DNA of 64,000 nt from Patescibacteria group bacterium (GCA_022705905.1 JAKJDO010000002.1:8872-72871); one strand, 5' to 3'. Positions 49,737 through 57,797 are shown, counted from the first letter of the stretch. Made by a program: numbers and translations. Notes: generated by a model not told the origin, from the letters alone.

Positions 49737-50312
49737 ATGAATATTGAGTACGAAGCTACTTTTACTAATGTGGACAAAAACGAAATACGGACAAAATTAA
49801 AATCTATCGGCGCCCAATTGATTAAGCCAGAATTTTTAATGAAAAGAACTGTTTTTAATTTGCCGGCTGGCCACGAGATAAATGGTGGCTGGTTGCGCGT
49901 TAGAGATGAGGGAGATAAAATAACAATGAGCTTAAAGGTGGTTGAAGCTGGCAAAATTGAGAATCAAAAAGAAGCTTGTTTGATAGTTGATGATTATCAA
50001 AAGGCTGCAAATTTTTTAGAACATATTGGTTGCGCCAGAAAATCATATCAGGAAACAAGGAGAGAGTTGTGGATTTTTGATGATGTTGAAATTACCATCG
50101 ATGAATGGCCATTTTTAGAACCATTTGTTGAAGTAGAGGGAAAAAGTGAGGACGAAGTTAAGAGAATAAGTGAAATGCTCGGCTTTGATTATAATCAGGC
50201 ATTGTTTTGCGCAGTTGACACTTTGTATAGTCAAAAGTACGGAATTTCAGAAAAAGCGGTTGATAAAGAGTCCTTAATAATTTTTAATAATTCTAACCCA
50301 TTCATTAAATAA
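49737..50312 (+). CDS. CYTH-domain protein (CyaB/thiamine-triphosphatase-like triphosphate tunnel enzyme)
   Basis: N-terminal EYEATF (ExExK-like) and beta-barrel repeat pattern; 191 aa. Confidence 0.7.
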   Translation: MNIEYEATFTNVDKNEIRTKLKSIGAQLIKPEFLMKRTVFNLPAGHEINGGWLRVRDEGDKITMSLKVVEAGKIENQKEACLIVDDYQKAANFLEHIGCARKSYQETRRELWIFDDVEITIDEWPFLEPFVEVEGKSEDEVKRISEMLGFDYNQALFCAVDTLYSQKYGISEKAVDKESLIIFNNSNPFIK

Positions 50313-50317
50313 GTTAT

Positions 50318-51697
50318 ATGTCAAAAGAAAAAGAAAACGATCTCATGCAAAAAATAGTATCTTTATGTAAAAGAAGGGGTTTTATTTTTCCGGCTTGTGA
50401 AATCTACGGCGGTTTTGCTAATGCTTATAGTTACGGTCCTTATGGCGCGGAATTAAAAAATAATATCAAAAAGTTGTGGTGGAAAATGTTTGTGCAAGAG
50501 CCGGAAGAAATGATTGGTATTGATGGTCCGATCTTGCTTCATCCGAAACTTTGGGAAGCATCCGGCCATACAGAAGGATTTAACGATGCCCTGGTTGACT
50601 GCAAAGAATGTAAAATGCGTTTTCGTGCTGATCATTTGGTTGAAGAAGCTACGGGCAAAGATTTAGAAGGAAAGTTGGAAGAGATGACCAAAATATTGAA
50701 AGAGGAAAAAGTAAAATGTCCTAATTGCGGTAAAAGTAATTGGACTGATGCGCGTTTTGTAAACATGATGTTTCATACAGAAATGAACAGCTACGAAGGT
50801 ACAGTTTATCTGCGCCCAGAAACAGCTGGCGCTATTTTTGTTGAATTTAAGAATATAATCGATGCTATGCACCCTAAATTACCTTTCGGTATTGGCCAAA
50901 TTGGTAAAGCTTTTCGCAACGAAATAGTGGCGCGAAATTTTATTTTTAGAATTAGGGAGTTTGAGCAAATGGAGATTGAATACTTTTTTAATCCTCAAGA
51001 AAAGTGGGAACCGATATTTATGGATTGGCTAGAGAGACAGGAGAAATTTTTTTACGCCCTAGGATTAAAAAAAGAAGATATTAGACTGTTCGAACATCCG
51101 AAAGAGAAGCTATCTCACTATTCAAGAAAAACTGTAGATATTGAATATAATTTTCCTTTTGGTTGGGGAGAGCTTTCTGGATTAGCGCATCGCGGTGATT
51201 TCGACTTGACCCAGCATTCTAAATTTTCTAATACTAAACTTGAATATTTAGATCCGGTAAGCGGAGAAAAATTTGTACCGCATGTTATCGAGCCAACTTT
51301 TGGTTTAGATAGGACTATTTTGGTCGCTCTGTTAGCAGCTTATCATGAAGAAAAGGTTGAAGGCGAAGAGCGAGTAGTGATGAAGTTTCCTTTAGCAATT
51401 GCTCCAATAAAAATTGCAATTTTTCCGTTATTAAAAAATAAACCGCAACTAGTAGATAAAGCCAAAGAAATATATAATTTATTAAAGCAACAATATACGT
51501 GCGAATTTGATGATAATGGCAATATCGGTAAGCGCTACCGTCGGCAAGACGAAATTGGCACACCTTTCTGTATTACCGTTGATTTTGATAGCTTGGAAAA
51601 TAACGATGTAACGATACGCGACCGAGACACTATGAAGCAGGAGAGAATAAAGATTGATGAACTAAAAGAATATTTTGAAGGGAGATTTAACAAATAA
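50318..51697 (+). CDS. glyQS: Glycine--tRNA ligase (homodimeric GlyQS type)
   Basis: RRGFIFPACEIYGG, YLRPETAGAIF, GKAFRNE, EPTFGLDR. Confidence 0.95.
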   Translation: MSKEKENDLMQKIVSLCKRRGFIFPACEIYGGFANAYSYGPYGAELKNNIKKLWWKMFVQEPEEMIGIDGPILLHPKLWEASGHTEGFNDALVDCKECKMRFRADHLVEEATGKDLEGKLEEMTKILKEEKVKCPNCGKSNWTDARFVNMMFHTEMNSYEGTVYLRPETAGAIFVEFKNIIDAMHPKLPFGIGQIGKAFRNEIVARNFIFRIREFEQMEIEYFFNPQEKWEPIFMDWLERQEKFFYALGLKKEDIRLFEHPKEKLSHYSRKTVDIEYNFPFGWGELSGLAHRGDFDLTQHSKFSNTKLEYLDPVSGEKFVPHVIEPTFGLDRTILVALLAAYHEEKVEGEERVVMKFPLAIAPIKIAIFPLLKNKPQLVDKAKEIYNLLKQQYTCEFDDNGNIGKRYRRQDEIGTPFCITVDFDSLENNDVTIRDRDTMKQERIKIDELKEYFEGRFNK

Positions 51698-51750
51698 TAT
51701 TTTTACATTATCATTTTTAACTTTGATTTTTTAATTTTAAATTTTTTACA

Positions 51751-53127
51751 ATGGAAATTAATATCAAATATTTATCAATTCAAAATCCTTGGTGGTTGGG
51801 TGGTACTTTAAAATACGACCCGATTTTAGAAAATTACGACCAGCAAGACGTAAAATTTCGTCCTAAAATTTTAGATGAGATAATTTTGGATAAGAATTTG
51901 ATTTATATTTTGCGGGGTCCGCGCGGCTGCGGCAAAACGATTATCCTAAAATTAATTATCCAGAATTTAATTGAACGTCATGCTGTCAATCCGAAAAATA
52001 TACTATATTACTCTTGTCACAATATTAGCTCCTACGAGCAATTGAATGAAATTATTAAGGTTTTTTTGTCTGAATCTAAAGCCCGTGATAATAAGGATCG
52101 CCTTTACATTTTTATTGATGAAATTACTTTGGTTAAAAATTGGGAAAAGGGCATTGAGTATTTGCGTCGCGCCGGCTTGTTCAGTAATGCTGAATTGGTA
52201 TTATCCGGTTCTATGTTGTCCGACTATAAAGTTAGCTCCGAGTTTTTAGACCACAAATCCTATCGCCAGTTAATTGTGCCCACCTCATCTTTTCGCGAAT
52301 TTTTGGAGTCCCTTAACCCTGATTGGGAGCAGAATTTTGAAAAAGAAAAAATTAGTGTCAACCAACTAACTAAGCTTGATTACTATCTGGATATTTATTT
52401 TTTAACCGGAGGATTTTTAGGCGCTATCGACAGCTATAAAAAACACACCGCTGTCAAACAATATATCTATAGCAATTTTATTTATTGGCTAATTGCCGAC
52501 GTCGCTAAAATGGGACGAGACTTGGTTTTATTCCGGCAAGTATTAGAAAAGGTAATTTTTAACTTAGGCAAACCGTTGGGTTACAAGACGATTACGCACA
52601 AAACTAAAGCCAAGACGCATCTGACTGCCGAGGAGTATATAAATATTTTAGAAAAGATGTTCGTTTTAAAAGTCGTTTATCAGGCCGGTGATGGTGGCGT
52701 GCGCAAAAGTAAAGCCAAAAAAATATTTTTTCTTGACCCATTTCTTTTTTGGACTTTTTATTCATATATTTATGGCTCACTGAGCTATTGGCAGTTCAGC
52801 CGTATTTCTTTATATCAAGAAGAAACATTTTTGAATTTGGTAAAAAATTTGGTTTTTTGCCACTTGAATCGCAAAAGCCATGAAGATTTGACTAGTATAA
52901 CCTTTTGGCGCGACAATATTAAAAAAAGCGAGATAGATTTTATAGTAAAAATTGATCGGAGAACGACACCAATTTTGGTCCGTTATGGTCAAGAAATAAT
53001 CGAACAAGACAGGAAAATTTTTGCTCGAGCTGGCTTTGAGGAGGGCGTTGTTGTCAGTAAAAATAAGATGGATTTAGAAGGAAAAATAAAAATAATGCCA
53101 TTAAATTATTTTCTTTTATATTTTTAA
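51751..53127 (+). CDS. AAA-family ATPase with DUF4143-like C-terminal domain
   Basis: GPRGCGKT Walker A, IFIDEI Walker B. Confidence 0.7.
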   Translation: MEINIKYLSIQNPWWLGGTLKYDPILENYDQQDVKFRPKILDEIILDKNLIYILRGPRGCGKTIILKLIIQNLIERHAVNPKNILYYSCHNISSYEQLNEIIKVFLSESKARDNKDRLYIFIDEITLVKNWEKGIEYLRRAGLFSNAELVLSGSMLSDYKVSSEFLDHKSYRQLIVPTSSFREFLESLNPDWEQNFEKEKISVNQLTKLDYYLDIYFLTGGFLGAIDSYKKHTAVKQYIYSNFIYWLIADVAKMGRDLVLFRQVLEKVIFNLGKPLGYKTITHKTKAKTHLTAEEYINILEKMFVLKVVYQAGDGGVRKSKAKKIFFLDPFLFWTFYSYIYGSLSYWQFSRISLYQEETFLNLVKNLVFCHLNRKSHEDLTSITFWRDNIKKSEIDFIVKIDRRTTPILVRYGQEIIEQDRKIFARAGFEEGVVVSKNKMDLEGKIKIMPLNYFLLYF

Positions 53128-53184
53128 TAATAGTTCCCCAAAAAATGTAGAAGCTCCGGACCAAAGCCCGGAGCTTTTTAACGA

Positions 53185-53691
53185 CTACTTCTCTTTTTTG
53201 CCCCGACGATTATTAGCCCTTCGCCAAGTAGTTGACATCTTTTTCCATTTTTCCTGACACAACTTAAGGTCGGACTCATGACAGAAAGCAGTCTTGTCGA
53301 GTATGGGACTGTCGAACTGTCTGCTGCCGATTTTTTTGACAGCATAATAGGCATAGTGTTCGTCTCTATACATCGGCGCGTTGATATCGGCGCCGAACAT
53401 GACCAAGATATCAGGTAGAATTTTGCGGAAATTGCCTTGAGAACCAGACCATAATTCACTGCCACCTAAAATAGTGCAGACACCTACCGGAGCCCAAGTG
53501 CACTTAGCGACTTTGAGAACAATGCCGCTCGTCATTCGACAAGCAAGCGGGTTGACGATTACATGTCTATTTCTAGCCAGAAAATGATCGGGCTTGTTCA
53601 TTAAAAAATCGTGCATAATTTCAACGATTTTTTGCACCAGACTATATGTCATATATTCGAGGTCGCTGTAATTTTTGCCCCCTTCCTTCAT
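53185..53691 (-). CDS. GC-richer orphan protein (168 aa, basic C-terminal tail)
   Basis: SD AAGGAGGG before the ATG at 53691. Bidirectional terminator 53150-53178. Confidence 0.5.
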   Translation of the reverse strand: MKEGGKNYSDLEYMTYSLVQKIVEIMHDFLMNKPDHFLARNRHVIVNPLACRMTSGIVLKVAKCTWAPVGVCTILGGSELWSGSQGNFRKILPDILVMFGADINAPMYRDEHYAYYAVKKIGSRQFDSPILDKTAFCHESDLKLCQEKWKKMSTTWRRANNRRGKKEK

Positions 53692-53766
53692 GTCGCCCTC
53701 CTTATTTTTTATTATATATTACCAAAAAAATATGAAAAGTAAATTAAAATTTGATATAATTTAGTT

Positions 53767-54627
53767 ATGATAAAAAAGATATCCATAATTATATTTTTAG
53801 GCGTTTTGCTAGTTTTTTTTTCTGTTGTTGGCTATGGTTTGTTATTACAACGACAAGTAGGATTAGAAATTATTTTTTTAGATATCGGGCAGGGCGATGC
53901 TACGTTGATAAAAACGCCATTTGGGCAAAACATTTTAATTGATGGCGGACCAGATAGCGCAGTTTTGAAAAGATTGGGAAAAAATCTGCCGTGGTGGGAC
54001 AAAAAAATTGATTTAATGATTTTGACTCATCCTCACGATGACCATATAGTGGGATTGAATGAAGTAATAAGAAGATATGATGTGCAAATGATAATTTACA
54101 CCGGTATAATATATGATTCTCCTGCTTATGAAAATTGGCAGGAGCTAGTAAAAAAATATCAAATTTCTACAATTGTTGTTGATCGGCCACAAATAATAAA
54201 TTTGGGCGATAATTGCGACTTAGAGATTTTATATCCGCGGCAGGCTATTTACGGCCAAGGCATTGACAATTTGAATAATAGTTCAATCGCTTCTAGATTA
54301 ATTTGTGAAGGAACTAAAATTTTATTAATGGGAGACGCGGAGCGGGAAGAAGAAAAAGAATTATTAGCAACAAACATTGACCTGTCGACCGATATACTTA
54401 AAGTCGGACATCACGGTTCAGATACGGCGTCTAGCCAAGAATTTTTAGATAAAGTCCAGCCAAAATACGCAGTTATTGAAGTCGGCGAAAATAATTTTGG
54501 CCTGCCAAGTCTGCGCGTAATAAAAAGACTGGAAAGATCGGGGGCAGTAGTTTATCGGACCGATCAAAACGGCGCCATCAAAGTAAAAAAAGATAGCCAA
54601 AACGTAATAATTTTATTTGAAAAATAA
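53767..54627 (+). CDS. MBL-fold metallo-hydrolase (ComEC C-terminal-domain-like) with N-terminal TM
   Basis: LDIGQGDATLIKTP, LTHPHDDH, VGHHGS. Confidence 0.8.
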   Translation: MIKKISIIIFLGVLLVFFSVVGYGLLLQRQVGLEIIFLDIGQGDATLIKTPFGQNILIDGGPDSAVLKRLGKNLPWWDKKIDLMILTHPHDDHIVGLNEVIRRYDVQMIIYTGIIYDSPAYENWQELVKKYQISTIVVDRPQIINLGDNCDLEILYPRQAIYGQGIDNLNNSSIASRLICEGTKILLMGDAEREEEKELLATNIDLSTDILKVGHHGSDTASSQEFLDKVQPKYAVIEVGENNFGLPSLRVIKRLERSGAVVYRTDQNGAIKVKKDSQNVIILFEK

Positions 54628-54711
54628 TTTTGGACGGCGTCTTGTTTAATTTAAAATAATTGCTATAATTATTTAAGATATTGGTAAATTAATAATTTAA
54701 AAGTTATATTT

Positions 54712-55089
54712 ATGGCAGAAAAAACAATTTTGATTGTTGAAGATGACGAATCCATCAGCAATATGTATCAGACCAAGTTAAAACAGCTAGGTCTAAATAT
54801 TTTAACAGCAACTGATGGCGCCAACGGCCTAGAGGCAGCCAAAAAAGAAAAACCTGACTTGATATTACTAGACGTGATCTTACCGCAGCTGGATGGATTT
54901 TCAGTCTTAGCAGATTTGAGGAAAGGCAAAGACACGGCCAAAATTCCAGTGGTGATGTTAACTAATTTGAGCACCACTGAAGACCAGGAAAAAGCCAATA
55001 AATTAGGCGCCAATGGTTATATTGTAAAAGCCAGTGTGACTCCAGCAGAAGTTTCGGGAATAGTACAAAAATTGTTAAATTTAAAATAG
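54712..55089 (+). CDS. Single-domain response regulator (CheY-like receiver)
   Basis: ILIVEDDE, LILLDVILP, MLTN, KP-type motifs. Confidence 0.85.
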   Translation: MAEKTILIVEDDESISNMYQTKLKQLGLNILTATDGANGLEAAKKEKPDLILLDVILPQLDGFSVLADLRKGKDTAKIPVVMLTNLSTTEDQEKANKLGANGYIVKASVTPAEVSGIVQKLLNLK

Positions 55090-55130
55090 TTAACTAGACG
55101 GCTTATAAAAAAGAGTCGCAAAATAATTTT

Positions 55131-55742
55131 ATGGAACATCCAAGCAAGGAAAGAACCTTAGTAATTATTAAGCCAGACGGAGTTCAGCGTTCGTTGATTG
55201 GCGAAATTGTCCGTAGATACGAGCGCACCGGTTTAAAATTAACCGGTTTAAAAATGGTAATTCCAACCGAAGAATTAGCAACTAAGCATTACTATGAAGT
55301 AGGCGGCGATGCCTGGATAGAAGAAGTTGGCCGTAAAGCCCGAGCTTCTTACGAAAAAAAAGGTTTAACTTCGCCTTATAAAACTAACTCCGAAAATGGT
55401 TGGGCGGTCTTAAAATCTAACGCTAAATATTTAAGCTCCGGTCCGGTAGTTTGTATGATTTGGCAAGGCAACCAGGCAGTGGCCTTAGTTAGGAAAATAA
55501 CCGGCGGCACCGAACCGTTAACATCAGATGTCGGCAGCATCCGTGGTGATTTTACTTTAGATTCATATTCAATTGCCGACACCGATCAACGTAGTGTCCG
55601 CAATTTAATCCATGCTTCCGGCGCTACCGATGAGGCTGAAAAAGAAATAGCGATTTGGTTTAAAAAGGATGAAATTTCTCAGTATAGGCTAATTGCCGAA
55701 AGTATCCTTTATGACGTTAACTTAGACGGAATAAAAGAGTAA
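55131..55742 (+). CDS. ndk: Nucleoside diphosphate kinase (long form with internal insertion)
   Basis: ERTLVIIKPDGVQR, NLIHASG. About 50 aa longer than typical Ndk. Confidence 0.85.
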   Translation: MEHPSKERTLVIIKPDGVQRSLIGEIVRRYERTGLKLTGLKMVIPTEELATKHYYEVGGDAWIEEVGRKARASYEKKGLTSPYKTNSENGWAVLKSNAKYLSSGPVVCMIWQGNQAVALVRKITGGTEPLTSDVGSIRGDFTLDSYSIADTDQRSVRNLIHASGATDEAEKEIAIWFKKDEISQYRLIAESILYDVNLDGIKE

Positions 55743-55797
55743 TACTTGGCGCGTCGTTATGGAAAAACGGACTTTTGACTTTTAAGTTCGTTTTTTA

Positions 55798-55990
55798 TTG
55801 ACAAAGCCCTTACTTTGGTATAAGATATTGTTATATGGAAAAAGCCATACTCAAAATTCAGAATGTATTTACCATTATTTTAGTCGTATTGGTCGGCATT
55901 ATTATGCCGGAATTTGAGATGGTCAAGAAAGTATAAGGTAAAAAAATAACATAGATTATAAAGGGCCATCTCAACCGAGACGGCCCTTTT
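55798..55990 (+). promoter_or_regulatory. Module U1: promoter, tiny ORF 55835..55936 (MEKAILKIQNVFTIILVVLVGIIMPEFEMVKKV), alternative hairpins, terminator
   Basis: TTGACA at 55798. ctcaaaattc (55850-59) pairs with gaatttgag (55910-18). gagatggtc (55916-24) pairs with gggccatctc (55963-72), which otherwise pairs with gagacggccc (55977-86) followed by T4. Confidence 0.5.
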
Positions 55991-56006
55991 AGTTTGTTCT
56001 TTGACA

Positions 56007-56296
56007 GTCCTTGCTAAACTCTAGCTTTAGAGGAATGGGGAGAAACATAGAATTTTTTTAAACAGCTTAGGGGGTGTAAATCTTATGGATACGGGCATTA
56101 ACGGAACAAACAGAAAAACGAATATAATCAAGAGCAATATCCAGTCCTTAAACGGCAGGCTGGAAATTGCCATAACAAGGGGTGACGAACATGATGCGAG
56201 ACTTTACCGATTTCAGCTGAAACAGGCCTGGACAGGACTGAGCCGTTTGGAACCGGCAGAGTTTCCTGAGACTTAAAACAGAGAGTTAGCAAGGAC
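56007..56296 (+). repeat. 16-17 nt inverted repeat bracketing ORF 56085..56276
   Basis: gtccttgctaaactct (56007-56022) versus agagagttagcaaggac (56280-56296), starting 4 nt after the stop codon. Small terminator at 56298-56319. Confidence 0.6.
56085..56276 (+). CDS. Island ORF A, 63 aa, unknown
   Basis: Track ORF; a purine-rich gggggtg precedes the ATG. Confidence 0.45.
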   Translation: MDTGINGTNRKTNIIKSNIQSLNGRLEIAITRGDEHDARLYRFQLKQAWTGLSRLEPAEFPET

Positions 56297-56395
56297 GAGT
56301 GGCGTTAGTCACTATTTTTCGGAGACTAGGATACCGTCCTACTCCATTCGGGGGTCTTACCCAGATCCCCTTATTTTCCTAAAAATAATTTATAT

Positions 56396-56527
56396 ATGAA
56401 AAATTTTCAGAAAAATTTAAACATTATTATTATCGTTATTATTATTTTAAATAATGTTGTTTAAGTTTTTTTGAAGACAAAAAGAAAATAAAAGAGGGCG
56501 GTCTTTAAAAGAATGTCCGCTTTTTAG
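56396..56527 (+). promoter_or_regulatory. Module U1b: tiny ORF 56396..56464 (MKNFQKNLNIIIIVIIILNNVV) plus AU-rich hairpin and weak terminator
   Basis: Seven Ile codons in a run of eight. aatttaaacatt (56414-25) pairs imperfectly with aatgttgtttaagtt (56453-67). gggcgg/ccgc stem followed by T5 at 56496-56525. Confidence 0.35.
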
Positions 56528-56570
56528 ACAAAACAAAAACGCTCTTATTAAATTTTTTAAGGAGGATAAT

Positions 56571-56846
56571 ATGACAGACGAGACTTCATGCGGAATTTTT
56601 TCAGGCGTATTTCTCAATGAAGATGCAGTGAGAAGTTCTTTACAGGAGCAACACGCTATCGTCGGCGTTATTTTGTTAGACGGAAGAGTTGCTACCTATT
56701 TAGATTCCCAGTCTGATCACGGTGGATGTGTCAGAAATAGGTTGAATAACAGGATGTCAATTGTTAGAACCATTTGTGACTGTAAGCGAATTTCCCATGC
56801 GGGGATAAAGATTATCAGCACCAACGATGATTTGGCGGCAAAATAA
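56571..56846 (+). CDS. Island ORF B, 91 aa, unknown
   Basis: SD AAGGAGG 6 nt upstream. Confidence 0.5.
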   Translation: MTDETSCGIFSGVFLNEDAVRSSLQEQHAIVGVILLDGRVATYLDSQSDHGGCVRNRLNNRMSIVRTICDCKRISHAGIKIISTNDDLAAK

Positions 56847-56874
56847 CCCAGACTTGAAAAAAAAGGAGAAGACC

Positions 56875-56931
56875 ATGAACCTGAAAGAATATTTTATCGA
56901 CAATGACGACAAAGACCAAAGAGTATTTTAA
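56875..56931 (+). CDS. Possible 18-aa acidic peptide (MNLKEYFIDNDDKDQRVF)
   Basis: SD AAAGGAG 6 nt upstream; hand-translated. Confidence 0.3.
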   Translation: MNLKEYFIDNDDKDQRVF

Positions 56932-56958
56932 GATATACTCTTGGAGAAGAGTGGAAAA

Positions 56959-57222
56959 ATGCCAGTTGGTTACTGTGCAGTGTACGGTTTTGACAATGGT
57001 GCGGCGTACATTATAGATGAACCCAGCGAGACAAAGAAGTCTTTCTCATATTTTGAGAGCTTAACTAAGCGAGAAGCTTCTTTAGGAAAAGACTCCGGTA
57101 TAGTTATCAGGTCGAATGGCGTGCCATTTTTAACTGTTGGCGAACCATTTGAGAAATGGCTCAGGGCTTATAAAATGCCTGGGCATGACGTATTTGTCCT
57201 GGAGGGGAAAGACGGAACCTAG
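56959..57222 (+). CDS. Island ORF C, 87 aa, unknown
   Basis: Track ORF 56941..57222; the ATG at 56959 is preferred. Confidence 0.5.
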   Translation: MPVGYCAVYGFDNGAAYIIDEPSETKKSFSYFESLTKREASLGKDSGIVIRSNGVPFLTVGEPFEKWLRAYKMPGHDVFVLEGKDGT

Positions 57223-57242
57223 ACCGTCAGCGAGTATTGCTT

Positions 57243-57290
57243 GCTCCTCGCCATATACCTTTTCAATTATTGGCGAGGAGCTTGATTTTT
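57243..57290 (+). terminator. Intrinsic terminator after ORF C
   Basis: gctcctcgcca...tggcgaggagc followed by a T-run. Confidence 0.8.
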
Positions 57291-57464
57291 CTTATTAATG
57301 TGTTAATATAAAAACAGTATGATACAAGCTAAGCAACAAGCATTGTTATTAGGTTTATTGTTATTACTACCTTCGCGGGTGGCTTGTTTTCATGTAAAAA
57401 ATAGGTAAATAAGATTTACATAAAAACGCAGAATGGCTGCCCGCATCAAGCGGGTAGTTTTTTT
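57282..57464 (+). promoter_or_regulatory. Module U2: promoter, tiny ORF 57319..57408 (MIQAKQQALLLGLLLLLPSRVACFHVKNR), alternative hairpins, terminator
   Basis: TTGATT-16-TAATAT. atgatacaagc (57319-29) pairs with gcttgttttcat (57382-93). gcgggtggc (57375-83) pairs with gctgcccgc (57436-44), which otherwise pairs with gcgggtag (57450-57) followed by T7. Confidence 0.5.
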
Positions 57465-57492
57465 GTGATCAAAAGGAGGAGGTTCATTCAAG

Positions 57493-57777
57493 ATGAGTAA
57501 ATTACAAGCACAAACATCTGACAAACAATTTTCGTGTATCGGCGGTTGTGGCGACCTCGTGTATAGCAAAGGTGAAAAGTGTGCTTCCTGCCAAAGAGCA
57601 GAAGCGACTGTAACTTTTTTGATCAAACAAGGAGGGGGTGAAATAAGAGACTGGGAAAGTTGCCCAACATATCAAAGGATCGAGCAACCGTGTGAAAATG
57701 AGTGCTCCGGTTGCATGAGGGCCTGGAGTATAAAAGAGACGAGAAGACAAGTCGGCGCAGCAATAGTCAATGCCTAA
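57493..57777 (+). CDS. Island ORF D, 94 aa, Cys-rich (two zinc-ribbon-like clusters)
   Basis: SD GGAGGAGG. CIGGC...CASC and CPTYQRIEQPCENECSGC. Confidence 0.55.
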   Translation: MSKLQAQTSDKQFSCIGGCGDLVYSKGEKCASCQRAEATVTFLIKQGGGEIRDWESCPTYQRIEQPCENECSGCMRAWSIKETRRQVGAAIVNA

Positions 57778-57797
57778 ACGATACAAGGAGGAGCTCT

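Noticed and set aside
57390-57786. Minus-strand track ORFs 57390..57626 and 57502..57786, and plus-strand 57702..57947, as genes.
   Set aside because: The two minus-strand ORFs are antisense to the SD-led ORF D and have no RBS. The long version of 57702..57947 lacks an SD, whereas the internal ATG at 57798 has AAGGAGG.
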